Origin: Balanoglossus misakiensis
Taxonomy: Eukaryota; Animalia; Hemichordata
DNA: 64,000 nt
Direction: 5' to 3'
Assembly: GCA_040954595.2 (NCBI GenBank)
Contig: JBECUI020000035.1
Span: 1-64,000 of the forward strand
Under the pieces are notes generated by a model. That model was not told where the DNA came from. It searched no databases and saw only the letters and a program-made list of their open reading frames with translations. Numbering within the stretch: position 1 is the stretch's first letter; each line of letters starts with the position of its first letter. Position numbers and translations under genes: made by a program. Of the stretch, positions 1 through 13,060 are shown one piece after another.

Positions 1-470
1 TTCCAATCAATTGGACATGTAATTTCAGAGAAGAATTTTTTTAAACAAAACTGCAGAAAATTCCCCCAAACATTCATAAAAAATAGCAAACGCCAGATAC
101 TGACTCCACCTGAACAAAATCATACGAGGTCTTCCCATAGTACTTGCACACCAATGCACGCCAATTTTTAACTGAATCTGATCCGCTGTTATTAAGTTTT
201 TCAATTTTGACTATTTGAACATTTTTCCAGTTAATACCAGTATGCATTTTTTCGCAATAACAATTTCTATGTACACACTAAATATCAGTAGTTTCAAGTT
301 TTTGATGTTGATGGACATACACATACATACATCAATACATTTAGACGAAACTGATCCATTCGCAAAATACATAATTCTGTATGAGGCACACATACAGACA
401 TACATAGACGACGGACACCAACTTATGCTATAAGCTGACATTGATATACATGTTAGCCAAAAACCAAAAT
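1..470 (+). mobile_element. 3' part of a non-autonomous Helentron/HINE-like interspersed repeat
   Basis: (CATA/CAGA)n microsatellite followed by an imperfect terminal hairpin GCTGACAT...ATGTTAGC (~434-457) and an A-run. This is the same microsatellite-hairpin-A-run layout as other elements in the window. Confidence 0.45.
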
Positions 471-1375
471 CAACCTCAAAATAGACATTAAAATATATTG
501 CACCACCATGAGAAGACAAATTCATTTTTCGACAAATTTTCTGGGGCGTCATTGATATAGCATGGCATATTGTCAAAGTACGTAGTCTCTGTGATAAGAT
601 TCCATACACACAAAATGGTAACCTTGGAAGTCCAGCTGACGTAGTTATGCAATGGCGTCTCGTGTATTCCGTCGCCAAAAAATCATCGTAAAATTGATAG
701 TCGGGGTCACAATTCAAGACGACTTTCTCTAAATTCTTTATGAATGGATTAAATCGAAATCGAAATGTTGACGTATGACGTACGGAATGAGATCTGAACA
801 GACATTCAATGTTATCATTCTCGCTCGATCACATATTGGGTAAGCCATCTAGCAATCGCTATATAGTATTGGCGATAACAGACTGTCTATAAACTCACAA
901 AACGGATTTTACTGTTGAGTGTGATCAACCGTCACGTTATTTTTCTCTGAACAATAGACAAATAGAAAGCCTGGTGACATTTTGAGATTGACTGCGTGAG
1001 GACCACAATATGCGTGAATCATTTACGGTTTGTCTTGATGAATGGGTCACGTCATAGTCATAACGCGGATTCGGCTGCACGCCAACTATCCGCCATATAT
1101 TGTCTCCACTAACTTACTCGTAAGTAGTTTCAAACTTCATTTGAAAAGAGTATTCGTCTGACAGTCCTGTAGATTAACAATTTACGCTCTATGAAGCAAC
1201 TAAACAACGTTAGCTTCCTTGTGGATTCACGTAGGGAAGTTATTCGTAACGACGGGTACATCGTCTGAGCATGGACAGAACAACGGCAATATCGCCAGGA
1301 ATGTCTCATTTCACAGCGCCCTCAAACAGTCGATCTCCTCAAACTATCGTTTCCACTGGTCATATATGCGGCATT

Positions 1376-1638
1376 AACGAAAGCTCACATAGACAACCAT
1401 GTAATAGATAAATTAAAACTTAAATAACTTCATTAATATCAAAGCTACACCCACCAAAACATTTTCAGTTCTTGCCATATGATATCTGAACCTGTGTACT
1501 AAATTTGGTTGAAATCGGTTCAGCGGTTCTTGAGATATCGGGTATACAGACAGACACACACACACATACATACATACACACACACACACACAGACATCGC
1601 TAAACCATAAGCTCACGTGATTTTCACGTGAGCTAAAA
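1376..1638 (+). mobile_element. Short Helentron/HINE-like element
   Basis: AAGCTCAC near the 5' end, a (CA)/(CATA) microsatellite, and a perfect 3' hairpin AGCTCACGTGA-TTT-TCACGTGAGCT (1610-1634) followed by AAAAA. Confidence 0.55.
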
Positions 1639-4600
1639 ATGAAAAAAAATCCATGAGGTCTCAAAATGAATACACACCAATTTCTAAAGCAATTTGACCA
1701 GTTTCCACCAATTTCACATTGGTCCCAGTGGTAGATAGACATATACGAAATGGGAACCAAAGAATAAAACACATTTCAAAGATTTAACATCTTTTTCCTC
1801 AAGAGTGTTTTTCAAATCTTCTCCACATCCTTCAAAATCGCCACCATAAAGCCATATTACTTGTAGTGCTTATGTTTGTCATATCTAGGTGATGCATACC
1901 ACTATAGATGTGTACCCTTTGTATAGAGGCAGATTAAACAGGTGTGGTACCTGTTAAATATCTGACTTCTTTAAATTACAGCCACAATCGTCTGTCAACA
2001 AGATGTTCATGTAGATGTATACCTAGCAGTAAGCTTATTTAGATTGACAAATCTTAGATGAAAATAATGAAAAAGTGGCACAACCCTTAGGGCTTTAACT
2101 AGCAGCTTTATGCCAGATGAGTTCGAGTCTAACGATGTAATGTTGACATTAAGGTTTCATTGAAATAACTTGGGAACCTCTCTACTATTTGAAGCACCAA
2201 AGCTGTGAAAAACTTCCTTCTTTCCCTGAGTTTTTTATGAATATGTTCTAATCTGGGACAAAAATTTGTTGCCAAGTGTCTTGACTCCTTTACCAAATGT
2301 CAGGGACCGGATTTTTTTCAGCAAAATTTCAAATAACCTTGGCTGATTTTTTACCTACTTTCACATATTGGGTAGCATGAAAAAAAGTATGGCTTCCAGA
2401 AGGGTTATAGATACAGTGTTTTGTAATAACAAGAATTAACATGAAACTATAATTTCATGGTTAATTTAGGACCGCCTTAATCTATGGTAACGTCATTAAA
2501 TATTTGCATATCTAATTGTAGGCTATCCAGTGGAGGGAGAAACCTAAACATGGACAACATTGGGGTCAAAATTGTTTGACAGAACTTTGGGTGACTTTGG
2601 GTAAACCTTGACCAACATTACTATATCTTGGCATCCAGAGCAGATGCAACCTTGACACTTGGAGTGATGGAAATGCATAATGGAGTATTATGTCTCAGCT
2701 AGTCACAGTGCTTTTGCTGTGTTTTATGTCTTTTATTCAGCCAAATTAGATGTTTTTTATTACACATTGGCTGTGTTTTCCAGTACTTTTTAGCTGGTCA
2801 CACTGCCTTAAGACAATGTATTCTCAAAATACCATGCAATCATTATGAAGCATATGCAGCAGACAACGTTATGGTATGACTGAACTTGCCCTTCTTTGTG
2901 ACTAAAGCATGACCGGCCTGTCTTAGGTGGCCCCTACCTAGGGGCTTTACCCGTCATTGGCTCACAGTCTGAGAAATCAGCTCTGCAGGGAAGTTAACGA
3001 TGTAACCCACCATTAAAGCTTGGATTTCCGCTTTTTGTATCTGATGCCTGGCTGAGGCCTTCTTAGGATCTACCCAACGCTGAGTAGGCTATCCCGTCAT
3101 TGGCACACAGTCTCAGGGAGGGAGTCCAAAGTTCAGTATACCAGCAAAGCCTTTATATTGTCCATTCTTTTTAAGAGAAGGCTGGCTGCTGTAGAAAAAT
3201 GTTGATCTCAAATGTATCATGTCCAAAAAAAGGCAGACTTCCAGCCCTATTGGTTAGGCTGGCATTAGGTATGTACATAATTAATGAGACAAGACATAAT
3301 ATTCCATTACATAGTTCAATAACTCCAAGTGTCAAGGATGTATCTGTGCCGGATGCCAAGATATAGGAATGTAGGTCAAAGTTTACCCAAGATCACCCAA
3401 AAGTTTGTCAAAAGATTTTGACCCCAGAGTTGTCCATGTCCAGGTTACCACATCCTCTAGAATAAGATATGCACATATTTAATGAGGTTACCATAGCTCA
3501 AGGGGGTCTTTAATTAACCATCAACATTTAGTTTCATATTAATGCATGTTAATATAATACACTGTATCTATAACCCTACTGGTAAGCCTAGAATTAGGTA
3601 CATGCGAAAGTTTTTGACAAGATAGATAAGTTGTAAAATATGTACATGAACCTGACAATTGACTTAAAATAACATAAGGCAGACTTGATACTTATCGGAG
3701 ATAGATACTAATAACAACAGTGATGTTAATTACACCGGGAATGTTTGTCTTATTATAGCTACATGTAAAAGACTGCTTGAGGTAATGTAATTAAAGTGAC
3801 CACTTGCGATTCACCTTCAAAGTGCTATGCAAGTCTACGGTACATTGTTTTTCCAATGATTGGACAAAGGATATTCATAATGTGTAATTAAGGCTGGATA
3901 GCATTTTCAATGTAATAAGCCCTGCCTTCACTATAATCTTACGCCAAATCAACATTGTTCAGTTTATGTTAATAATTTCACTAAGGGACACTTGTTACAT
4001 CAAATTTCCCAGCAAGGGGTGTCAGATTATTGGGCAAGTGGCATGCATGACACTAGACGATACTTTTGGAAGCAAAGCGGACAGAACACGGCTGGATATA
4101 GACTAGGTAATTCTGAATGTGACCATGAACTGTACCACAGACTCTGTATTGTATGTTTCTGAAGAATCCCATTTAACCCAGACATCAACATACTTCAACC
4201 TTGTAAGAAGTAGAACATACATGATTTACTAGTAAATATTTGCTAGGTTATTACACACTTTGGATTACACAAAAATAGGTGTGTACACCGCTGTGACATT
4301 GCCAAGCAGATATGACCTACCAGGTAACCTAATACAATTTCACAGGAATCGGAGTATTTTCAGTGAAAACAACATTTCTTCAACAATGACAAAAACTGCC
4401 TCAACCACAAAAATTCAGATATCAACAAATCCAACAATATCTCACTTCAATCACCACAAGGAACATGCCTACCAAAATTGAAAGCAATTTGACATGCGGT
4501 TTCAAAGAATACAAATTGCAAAAATTGCCTCAAGACCACAAATATGCAAATTTCACCAAAATGATATACAACATTACTTGGGTTACCTCATGGAACAAGC

Positions 4601-7070
4601 AAACCAAAATTTAAATGCAACCTGACCTGACATGGAGTTTCAGAGAAAATGATTTTTGACCAAAAATGACAAAATTATATTTCCCAAAAATTACAAATTT
4701 TGCCACAATTTAAACAATACTAACAAAGATTACCTATAGGAAATAGCTTACTAAATTATAGATACAATTCACGATATTAGCTGAAAGTATATCAGGCGTG
4801 ACATAGGCTACATGCATACAAATGTTCAAAGCAATCTGACCAGTTGTTGAGTTTCTGAGTTTTGATCAATTTCACATTGCTCCAGGTAATTAGCATATTT
4901 CATTTGAACAGGCGTGCCTGCATCTAAAAACCCAATATCAAGACTTACCACACAGACTCTGTATTGTATGTTTCTGGAGTAATCAAATAAAACCAATCAT
5001 GAAAATACTTCAACCTTCTTAATATGAACAAAATCCTATTTACAGGCTGGCCTACATCTACACACCAAATATCAAGGGGATACGCGAAGGGGTTTTCAAG
5101 TTTTTGATGTGGACAGACATACATACATCCATACATACTACATACACACATACAGAGGCAACTGACTGGTCAGAAGGCATGAGCAAAAATGCAGGAAATC
5201 AATGTTGTGACACTGGTAGTAGGCCTTAATGTATACAATATCAAGACAGTTTATTTAACATGAAGTTTGATATGTTCATAATCATTCAGAGCTAAGCATA
5301 TTTTGAAATTGTAAAATTAATATCAATCACATGAAAACTGACAGCATGCTTTCATTTGGGAATTTAGGTATTGTAATTAACACTAACAGTCATGAAACTA
5401 TTGAATCGTCAATAAAATCATACAGTAGAAATTAATGGGTTTTCTATTTATATGCGATATGAAAATGCAACTTGTGGTCCTTCGGCCAGTAAGAGGCATC
5501 AGATAATATTGTAAGACCCAGTTGCCCAATTGATTAGACCTACATGTATGCGCTGTGTGAAGCGCAAGTTATGGCAACTGAATTCACAGGACACTGAAGA
5601 AAGTGGAATCACTCAAGGTACATATGTATACATGTAGGCTAACAATCACAACACAGAGAATAGTTCTCCATATTCATTTTTAATACGATAAGATTCACTG
5701 AATTGGCGCATCCATGGGCAGGCAAGGTTAGTTCCAACTCAGTTTGCAAATCAGGCCCATGTATCTTGTTCCCTGAGACTGTCTGCTTCTAATAATAGCT
5801 GTAAGAACATAATCGTTGACCGAATGGTTGGTTCAATTTTGCAACATTTTATGATTTCAAGCTGTGCAATATTTGCAACTCAGTTTCAACTTTGGTTGGA
5901 GGGATGATGATGAAGCAATTTCACTGACAAAATAGCACTACTAACTGACGTCAATATTTGTTCAAAGTTAAATGCATTGCTATGAGAAAAATGTATACTA
6001 AAAGTTTCGTATGTGAATAATAACACTTTTTCGTATAACTGCAAACCCTGTCACAGTTGTGAAATTCTAAGAAAATTCATTCATTAGGTAGAATTCGTGC
6101 TTTATGAATTCTTAAACAAACTTAGTCATGAAACCTAAATGGTTACCTTACACATGTTGAGGCTCGACTTCTGTGATATGATAGTCTTTAATTAATGTGT
6201 ATGTGATTCCATACAAATCCATATGATTACCTGAACATACAAAATAAATTAAAAATAAATACATAAATTAAAAATAAATAAGTATCTCATACATATGCAT
6301 AAGTGCTTGTGAGAAATATATCATATATCTAAATAAACCTGTCATTTATTGACCTCATTTTCCCAGTAAACCAAAGGACTAAATTGCACTTTAATATTAC
6401 AGCTTCATTTCAATGCAACAGGTACACTACATCATAAGGGAACAAATATGCCAGCTCAACATTTATATAAACAGTGTCAAAATATAAGTGGCTACAAAAG
6501 CTTGTGTCCCTTCAATCCATTCTCCCACTCAGGTCAAACGTGTTACATATTAAAATTGCAATGTGCATAATATACAATTAGTCTTTTGTAAATTCAGACT
6601 GAGAAAATATGACTGATAAACATTATCTGGCACATGTTGGTGAATGGCTGGCGCTGATGTTGTGGGTTGAAATCCGAACTATGATTATCGCGGGTACAAA
6701 TCACATTTATTTTCTCAGAGACAACACGTTTGCAACTTCGGGACAGAAAGGTGAAAACGAACGTCATTAGTTCTTGGGAAAAAACTCTGAAATCAATTTC
6801 GGTGAGGTCAAATGTGTTCCAAAGGCAAACCGTTTCTGGTAAACAAATCAATGGCAAATAGTTACTTCGGCGACTTACCAATCAATCAACATGGCTGCCA
6901 AATCGTTGGATATCCCGGTTTCATCTCGCGATCATTCTATCTTCCGATATGGCGTTGCTTGGTTAAATTCGCCTCTTCTTTGCCGACATAGTCGGGCGAC
7001 AGCGGTCCAGAAGCATATACAGCGACGCCATCTTGTTTACAATGTGAAGTATCAACTGCGCATGCTCAAT
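1636..7070 (+). repeat. Left arm of giant imperfect inverted repeat
   Basis: Reverse complement aligns collinearly with 14107-21215, e.g. 2880-3300 with ~19560-19980, 6750-7070 with 14107-14430, and 1650-1790 with ~21040-21215. Confidence 0.93.
2400..3585. repeat. Internal inverted repeat (~2400-2700 / ~3285-3585) within the left arm; mirrored at ~19265-19570 / ~20160-20460
   Basis: ...CATGGACAAC...GGGGTCAAAA...CCTTGACACTTGGAGT... (2550-2666) is the reverse complement of ...ACTCCAAGTGTCAAGG...TTTTGACCCC...GTTGTCCATG (3322-3438). The sequence is related to the GGTCAAAGGTCA family at 41.6-53 kb. Confidence 0.85.
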
Positions 7071-7543
7071 GGTTGTTGATTGGAAAGTGGGCAGAGCCTG
7101 CAAGATCCAGGGTTCGCTTGACCGGCCAAACGCGGTTATTCTCCCTAGACCAAATCATTTAAGCGTCAGGCGTAATACATCACATAATTGACTGGAAAAC
7201 TAAACAGTCTTCCACCTATATATCAACACAGTTTATTAAACCAGCACCCGCGCAAATATTCACAAGTATATGATTAAAATTGATGAAATCATTAATCGCA
7301 CGGTTACAGCTGTCATAGTTTCTAATAATATTATTCACTGGTAGCGCTGACATACCATGTTGAAACTTGTCGCGGAAAACAAGATAATTGATCTTACGGT
7401 GTCATTTGTTTTTAAAAAGTGCTTAATAACTATTGATCCCATTGATATATTTTTTCCATATTTATATATTTTTCGCAAATTTTGACTGCTTGGGCTACTA
7501 ATAGCATGGTGATCACAATGGATTTACCACCTCCCAGCTGCGT

Positions 7544-7551
7544 TATAAAAG
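7544..7551 (+). promoter_or_regulatory. Putative TATA box of the pentraxin-like gene remnant
   Basis: TATAAAAG about 60 bp upstream of an ATG that opens a signal-peptide exon. Confidence 0.45.
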
Positions 7552-7602
7552 AATGCCTATTCTGTGGACACTAGCCTCATCGAAGACCGAACGTGTTCAT
7601 CG

Positions 7603-7701
7603 ATGTTTCCATTCATGACGAACTCCAATGCAGGCGTCGCAGTCATTCTGGCTTTCACGCTGTGGGCACCTCTGGTGACAGCAATTCCCAACAAGTTGCG
7701 G
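7603..7701 (+). pseudogene. Putative first coding exon (signal peptide) of a secreted pentraxin-like gene remnant
   Basis: MFPFMTNSNAGVAVILAFTLWAPLVTAIPNKLR has a hydrophobic core and a V-T-A|I cleavage-like site, and ends at a consensus donor GTAAGT (7702). Confidence 0.55.
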
Positions 7702-8956
7702 GTAAGTAATCACACAACCTATATGAGTGAAAGTTTCTTGTCATTTTCGCAACGTCAAGGTTGATATTCTCTTCTTGGATCGAAAATGTGTGACACAACA
7801 AATGAATCTGCGTGGCAGGGTCGGCTGTGTCTTTTGCTTCGAGGCATAGTCGTCTGTCACGCATCGACGGCTATACGTGAACTAGACAAATCGAATCGAA
7901 CGATCAAATCTACGAAAATATATTCCACCTGGGGATTTAATTACTAATCATGAAAATATTACCCGTACATCAAAATACCATATACAGACATGACAATCAA
8001 AACGCCACGTGGTCAAACTTATGAAAATAATCCGTTACAATCTTAACTTATCTTAACTTAACTTAAATCTAATAAATAAAGTCCGACAAACATCGTCCTC
8101 GTTGGCATGCATGTGGAGTCTGGTAATTCATCCAGGTCTTCCTCCTGTCCGACTTGACCGCGACGCAGATACTCTTCGTGCACTTGCCAAAGTACACCGA
8201 GACGTCACCGCACATTCATTCCACACCAGCAATGTCCATTGACAGATCAAAGTTCCGTACGGCTAAACGCCCAATTTCAGAACATCTCGACATCAATTCA
8301 GTGTAGTGTGCTGGGTTATTAAAATATACCACAGGTTGAGATGAAAAGTGATAGTCAAAACTCACATGGTTGGAGGATGTCTATGGATCCAAAATCATAC
8401 ACGTCAAACGCTATGGCTGCCATCCTATCAAATCCCCTAGGAAGTAGTCAGACCAGGTGGTCCTCAAGACTCCCCAAGCTACTAAAACACACGTATTCAA
8501 TATACTAAATCTCACCACCGAGGGCGTAAACTCTAGAGAGACAATTACAAGTACATACAATTATGCTATATCACAGAATATCGTCACACGTAAGACACAC
8601 ATCCCTAACACGCGAAGCCAGCTTATCCTTTGATCAAATGGCAGCGCTATTCTAAATATTTTACAGCATGCCCTAAAGGACAAACACGTGCCGCTGGAAG
8701 AGGCCAACACTCAGCAGAGACGGCAAGATGTTAACAGAGATGAGCCCCAACAATAAATTAATATTGTTCCTTTTATTTAGAAAACGCCGCATAATTAGCC
8801 AACCAATCATGGTTATGAGAAACCTCCAAAATACAATGTATCGATATTTACTGCATCTGTTCATACTTCGCCCGCGCTTTAAAAACCCTATAGCTGCTAA
8901 AATTGGCATATTTTTTTCCAGAGTACAATACTTCATATGTATATTCCCTATTCCCT

Positions 8957-9250
8957 AAAATCTTCACCCGTGACCATTGAGCCATATTACTTGCATTTGC
9001 ATTGGTTTGTCATAACTTGGCGTCGCATTTCACGATAGCTGCTTAGCTGCTATTGTTTGTATGAAGGCTGATTAAATCGGTGAGGCACCGTTTTAATACA
9101 TAGCATGTTCCAATTGCAACATGCAGTCACAATCGGGCATCGATAAGATGTTTATGTATACCTATCAGTAAGCTTATTTTGATGAACCAATTTAAGTTGG
9201 AAAATAAAATCATGAAAATAATGCAAAAAGTGGCAGCTTTGGAGGCTTTA
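8957..9250 (+). mobile_element. Dispersed repeat copy homologous to arm segment ~1830-2100 (inverted copy ~20700-20960)
   Basis: Shares AGCCATATTACTTG, AAGATGTT(C/T)ATGTA...TATACCTA.CAGTAAGCTTATTT and AAAAAGTGGCA blocks. It ends just upstream of the truncated pentraxin exon. Confidence 0.7.
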
Positions 9251-9281
9251 AACTACAGTTCTCCCAAATTGTCTTGACTAA

Positions 9282-9432
9282 ATGACATACATGTGGTCAA
9301 AAGTTCTGACTGCAGAAGAGGTTGCAGCTCTGGCGGGGGACTGTTCAATTGGAGGAAATATATTTACATGGAATACAGACAATATTGAAATGGCAGCAGA
9401 AATAGTTCCTACTGAAAAGAATGCTATCTGCA
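9282..9432 (+). pseudogene. 5'-truncated exon encoding the C-terminal part of a pentraxin domain
   Basis: TYMWSKVLTAEEVAALAGDCSIGGNIFTWNTDNIE matches the pentraxin C-terminal pattern W..VL...E...LA..C...GN...W. Donor A|GTGAGT at 9433. In-frame TAA lies immediately upstream and no usable acceptor is visible. Confidence 0.75.
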
Positions 9433-10312
9433 GTGAGTATCACAACTTTAAAATGAAAGATTTTGCAAATTTAAAAAAAATATTGAGTGTTTTGACATGC
9501 GTCAGTGGTCAGTAACACACAAGCTGCATGATAAGAGGGTCACGAGAAATTGTAAGCCGCAATGTATAATGGATTAACTCCATGACCTATGCGACCTACG
9601 AACTGTGACGTACAGAATTTATTTCTACGTGTAATGCGGTCTGCGGCAGTGAGCCACAGACCGCATTGCGAGAGCAGTGAGAATTCACCACAATGCAAAC
9701 TTTCTGAACGTAGGTTGATCTTCGAATGAAATATTACCTTGTCACCGGTTTTCCACATGGCTACACTGTAAAATTGGGTGACGTGTTCGTTCACAAGTGG
9801 AATAATTGTGAGTAGTAAAGCACGCGAAGTTAAGCAACGAGCACGTTTTGAAATGCGCGCAGATGATCCCAGTTTAGCAAATTCCATTGCGTGCATGCAA
9901 AAAAAATAATACTGTACCGGGGGTGAGCCTACTTTCTTTCCATACAGATACACGTATATGTTGGTTAAGGTATGTGACAAACAGTTTTCATGTAACAGCC
10001 AGTGATGCTGACCATAAAACCAGCGCAGCTGATGCTTTCATCTACAATTTGCAACATGGACGTTTGTGTCTCTGCATGTGTCGTGCATGTTACTGCTGAA
10101 CAAAAAAGATATGCGGGCACCACAGGCTGGCGAAAGCGGTGCTCACGTGCTCTGCAAGCTGATGTTGTCACTAAATTGGCAAAGTATTGTACACATGGAG
10201 GAGTTTCTTGAGCTGTCTGTTGTATAAATGTCGGTTGTGAGTACATTATTTTTTATTTTATTTTAATAATTTTCAAAGCCCCTATGATTGAAGCATATTA
10301 TTACGACTCATC

Positions 10313-10372
10313 CGTTCATCATTCATTCATTCATTCATTCATTCATTCATTCATTCATTCATTCATCCATTC
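10313..10372. repeat. (CATT)n microsatellite
   Basis: Direct reading. Confidence 0.95.
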
Positions 10373-10461
10373 AGTCAGTCACTGTACCAATTGAAGACGC
10401 CCTTGTATAGGAGAATTTAGCTATGTACTGACTGTCTTTTCATTTTTTCTTCATCCTATAG

Positions 10462-10505
10462 AATCTACCGACCTGGTCGCTGTCAATAACAATTCAACTC
10501 CTTAA
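10462..10505 (+). pseudogene. Putative terminal coding exon of the pentraxin-like remnant (KSTDLVAVNNNSTP*)
   Basis: Long polypyrimidine tract and CTATAG acceptor. It joins the phase-1 donor at 9432 in frame and ends in TAA; AATAAA occurs at ~10775 and ~10814. Confidence 0.55.
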
Positions 10506-12869
10506 ACATCCTGTGTGTGTGAAGTCTATGAACACTGGCCATGCATTTCAATTCAAGGACAAAATGAATGCGCAATATTTCGTTTTATCGAGAGTAATGT
10601 GCAGTGATTAAATTTGCTAGGGCTCTCTTAGCAGATTTGGAGTTAGTCATTTTGGTAGAAACTTTTCGAGATGGGAAATCTTTGGTCATCTAACCAAGTT
10701 ATTTGTATTTTTGTTATATAAGACAGAGTCATTTCTATATCATAGATGCAAGTTTAATTTATAACATGAATTTGAATAAAATATTTTTTTTTAAATATCA
10801 CCACATGAATTTGAATAAAATATTTTTTTTTAAATATCACCAGATTGAAATCTTTGGAAGTTTGCACTTAGAGGGATGGCATGGCAGTTTTCCACTGTTC
10901 ATATTACAAAGAATTTGGCGTCACGTGTAGATTTCATGAGTGTTCGAGTTTTGCTCTTCCCAGCCTCGTACCCACAATCCTCTGATACTTACACTTACGT
11001 CAGTTCTATAGCCGCTGACCCACTAGATTCTCCTTATGAATTGCCCAAATTATTTGTTGGTATAGTTTTGATAGTTGGTGCACGGAAACTTTTGATCGAT
11101 TCACGAAATTCAAAATATGTTACATCACAAACCTCATAAAATGGAGGCTAGAGTAGCCTGTTTGTTTTCAGGTAATTTTACAATTACCTCAATTACCTTT
11201 TTTCGAGGGAGGGGGTTAAGAAAACATACAGATTGAAATAACAAGGAAGTGGTATATCAAACCGAAACCTTATCTCAATCGTGATTCTAGAGTGTTTCCA
11301 TGTCATGTGACATCCACAAAAATGTGGTATTATCTTGAAAAGAGTCCCGATTTCCCAAACTGGTTTTGCGAATGTACTTCACTTTGGAGCAATGCATGAG
11401 TACATTCGTAGAAAGATATTGCTCCACTATTTACTGACACTCCTCTTGTACTGCAAATATTACTGCATTCTGTCAGGGCAAGACAAAAGACACAGCAGAA
11501 CTGCCAGAATTAAAACAGACAACTGGCAATTTCAATAAACATGTAATAACAAATATATGTAACATTGAATGAGGTGTCCATACAGCTTGGTCATTTAAAG
11601 ACCTCCAGTCATTGTGACAATGCATAAATATTTATGTACACCATGTTAAAAATTAGTTCAGGCATACCTTATACATGTATGTTTTTGACTGACCATATCC
11701 TCAGCACGCCCTTTTTTTCAAAAAGACTATCATTATTCTCTGCCAGGCAGAGAGTTGCCGCTTTCTTGTTAACAATAATATACTATTATAACATTGCATA
11801 GATTCCTGTTTGTTTCTGTCCATATCTCACAAACTGTGGTGTGCATACTGTTGAAATGACCTCAAGAAGAAAATGCCAAATGGAAAAATATTTGACATAC
11901 TAACCTGTATGATAATGTTATACGGTACAATATATTTAACGGTTCCAATCCAATGTTGAGAACTAACAAAACAATTTGAGCAGAATTCATTTAAAATTAA
12001 TTGCAGTTCCGTTTCACCGCATTTCATAGGATGCTGGCTAAAATTCATACTATGGTGGATTACCTGTTATGCATTTCTTTCCCTATTTCGTCTGGCAGAT
12101 TTGAGTTTGACAAGCTGTCATTTTCCTTTCAGCTCCGCAAAATTGATGGATTTACTTTGACAGCACACAGACTGTCCATTTGTCATCGGAGATACAAGCA
12201 GCATCAGGTGCTGAACAGCTTGCAGCAGTGTTGGAAAAGAGTACACAACACTAACTTGCAAGAGTGCTTTGGCCCTTTCTTCACACTGTCCGAAACTTGT
12301 TGTGTTACATCATTGCTTAATGAATAAGAAATACACAGGTATTTAGCGTTCTATTCAATACCTACAATAGATAAAAGGGTGTCGGTCTGTATGCGACAAT
12401 CTTCAATGTTCTTATGAGCACAAGGCTTTATTCAGGGAACGTTTTACAGTAAGAATTATATTATATAAACTGAATAGGTTTGCTGTCTGTCAACTCTTCT
12501 GTCTTTGTCTTACCGATACGGTTCTAACCGCGAACACTGAGGCTTCTCTGCTCGTACACAGTATAAATCAATGGATGATAAAATGCGCCCTCTTTTGGTG
12601 AACTCTTCCTACCGCCCGACCTTCTACCTTACATTAAGGCATGTAGGGCGGTCAGGTAGATGGCAGTGTATTGCAAGCGTCTCTTGCATATTTTTTTCCG
12701 CCAGGAATGGCATACATTCGTTTTTGGCGACACCACAACTGCTGGAACTTCTCGAAAAATTGAGAGCCGGATTTCATAAATGCTCATGTTTTCCGAAGGG
12801 CTGAAAGAAGATCCAGAGTTGAATATTTAAATTTGCCTGTGGCAGACATCATAGTGGCTGCCAGTTATT

Positions 12870-13060
12870 CTATTTCTTGTGCAAGAGATAGTATCTTGTT
12901 CCAGCGAGATGTTTTCTCGTGTGCACGAGAAACATGCTATCTCGTGCATATCTCGTGCGCACGAGAAAATTGCGAGCGCACTCGTGTTCACGAGAAAATA
13001 TCACATGCACACGTAAGTCGTGCGCACGAGATAAAAAAATGTGCCCTGTAGTCTTTCTTA
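12870..13060. mobile_element. Fragment of a non-autonomous DNA element built from palindromic TCTCGTGCGCACGAGA subrepeats
   Basis: Several copies of the palindrome (T)CTCGTG(C/T)GCACGAGA in tandem. Confidence 0.5.

Noticed and set aside
8146-8306. Possible missing middle exon of the pentraxin remnant after CATCCAG
   Set aside because: The phase-0 translation (VFLLSDLTATQ...) has no pentraxin features and ends in a stop.
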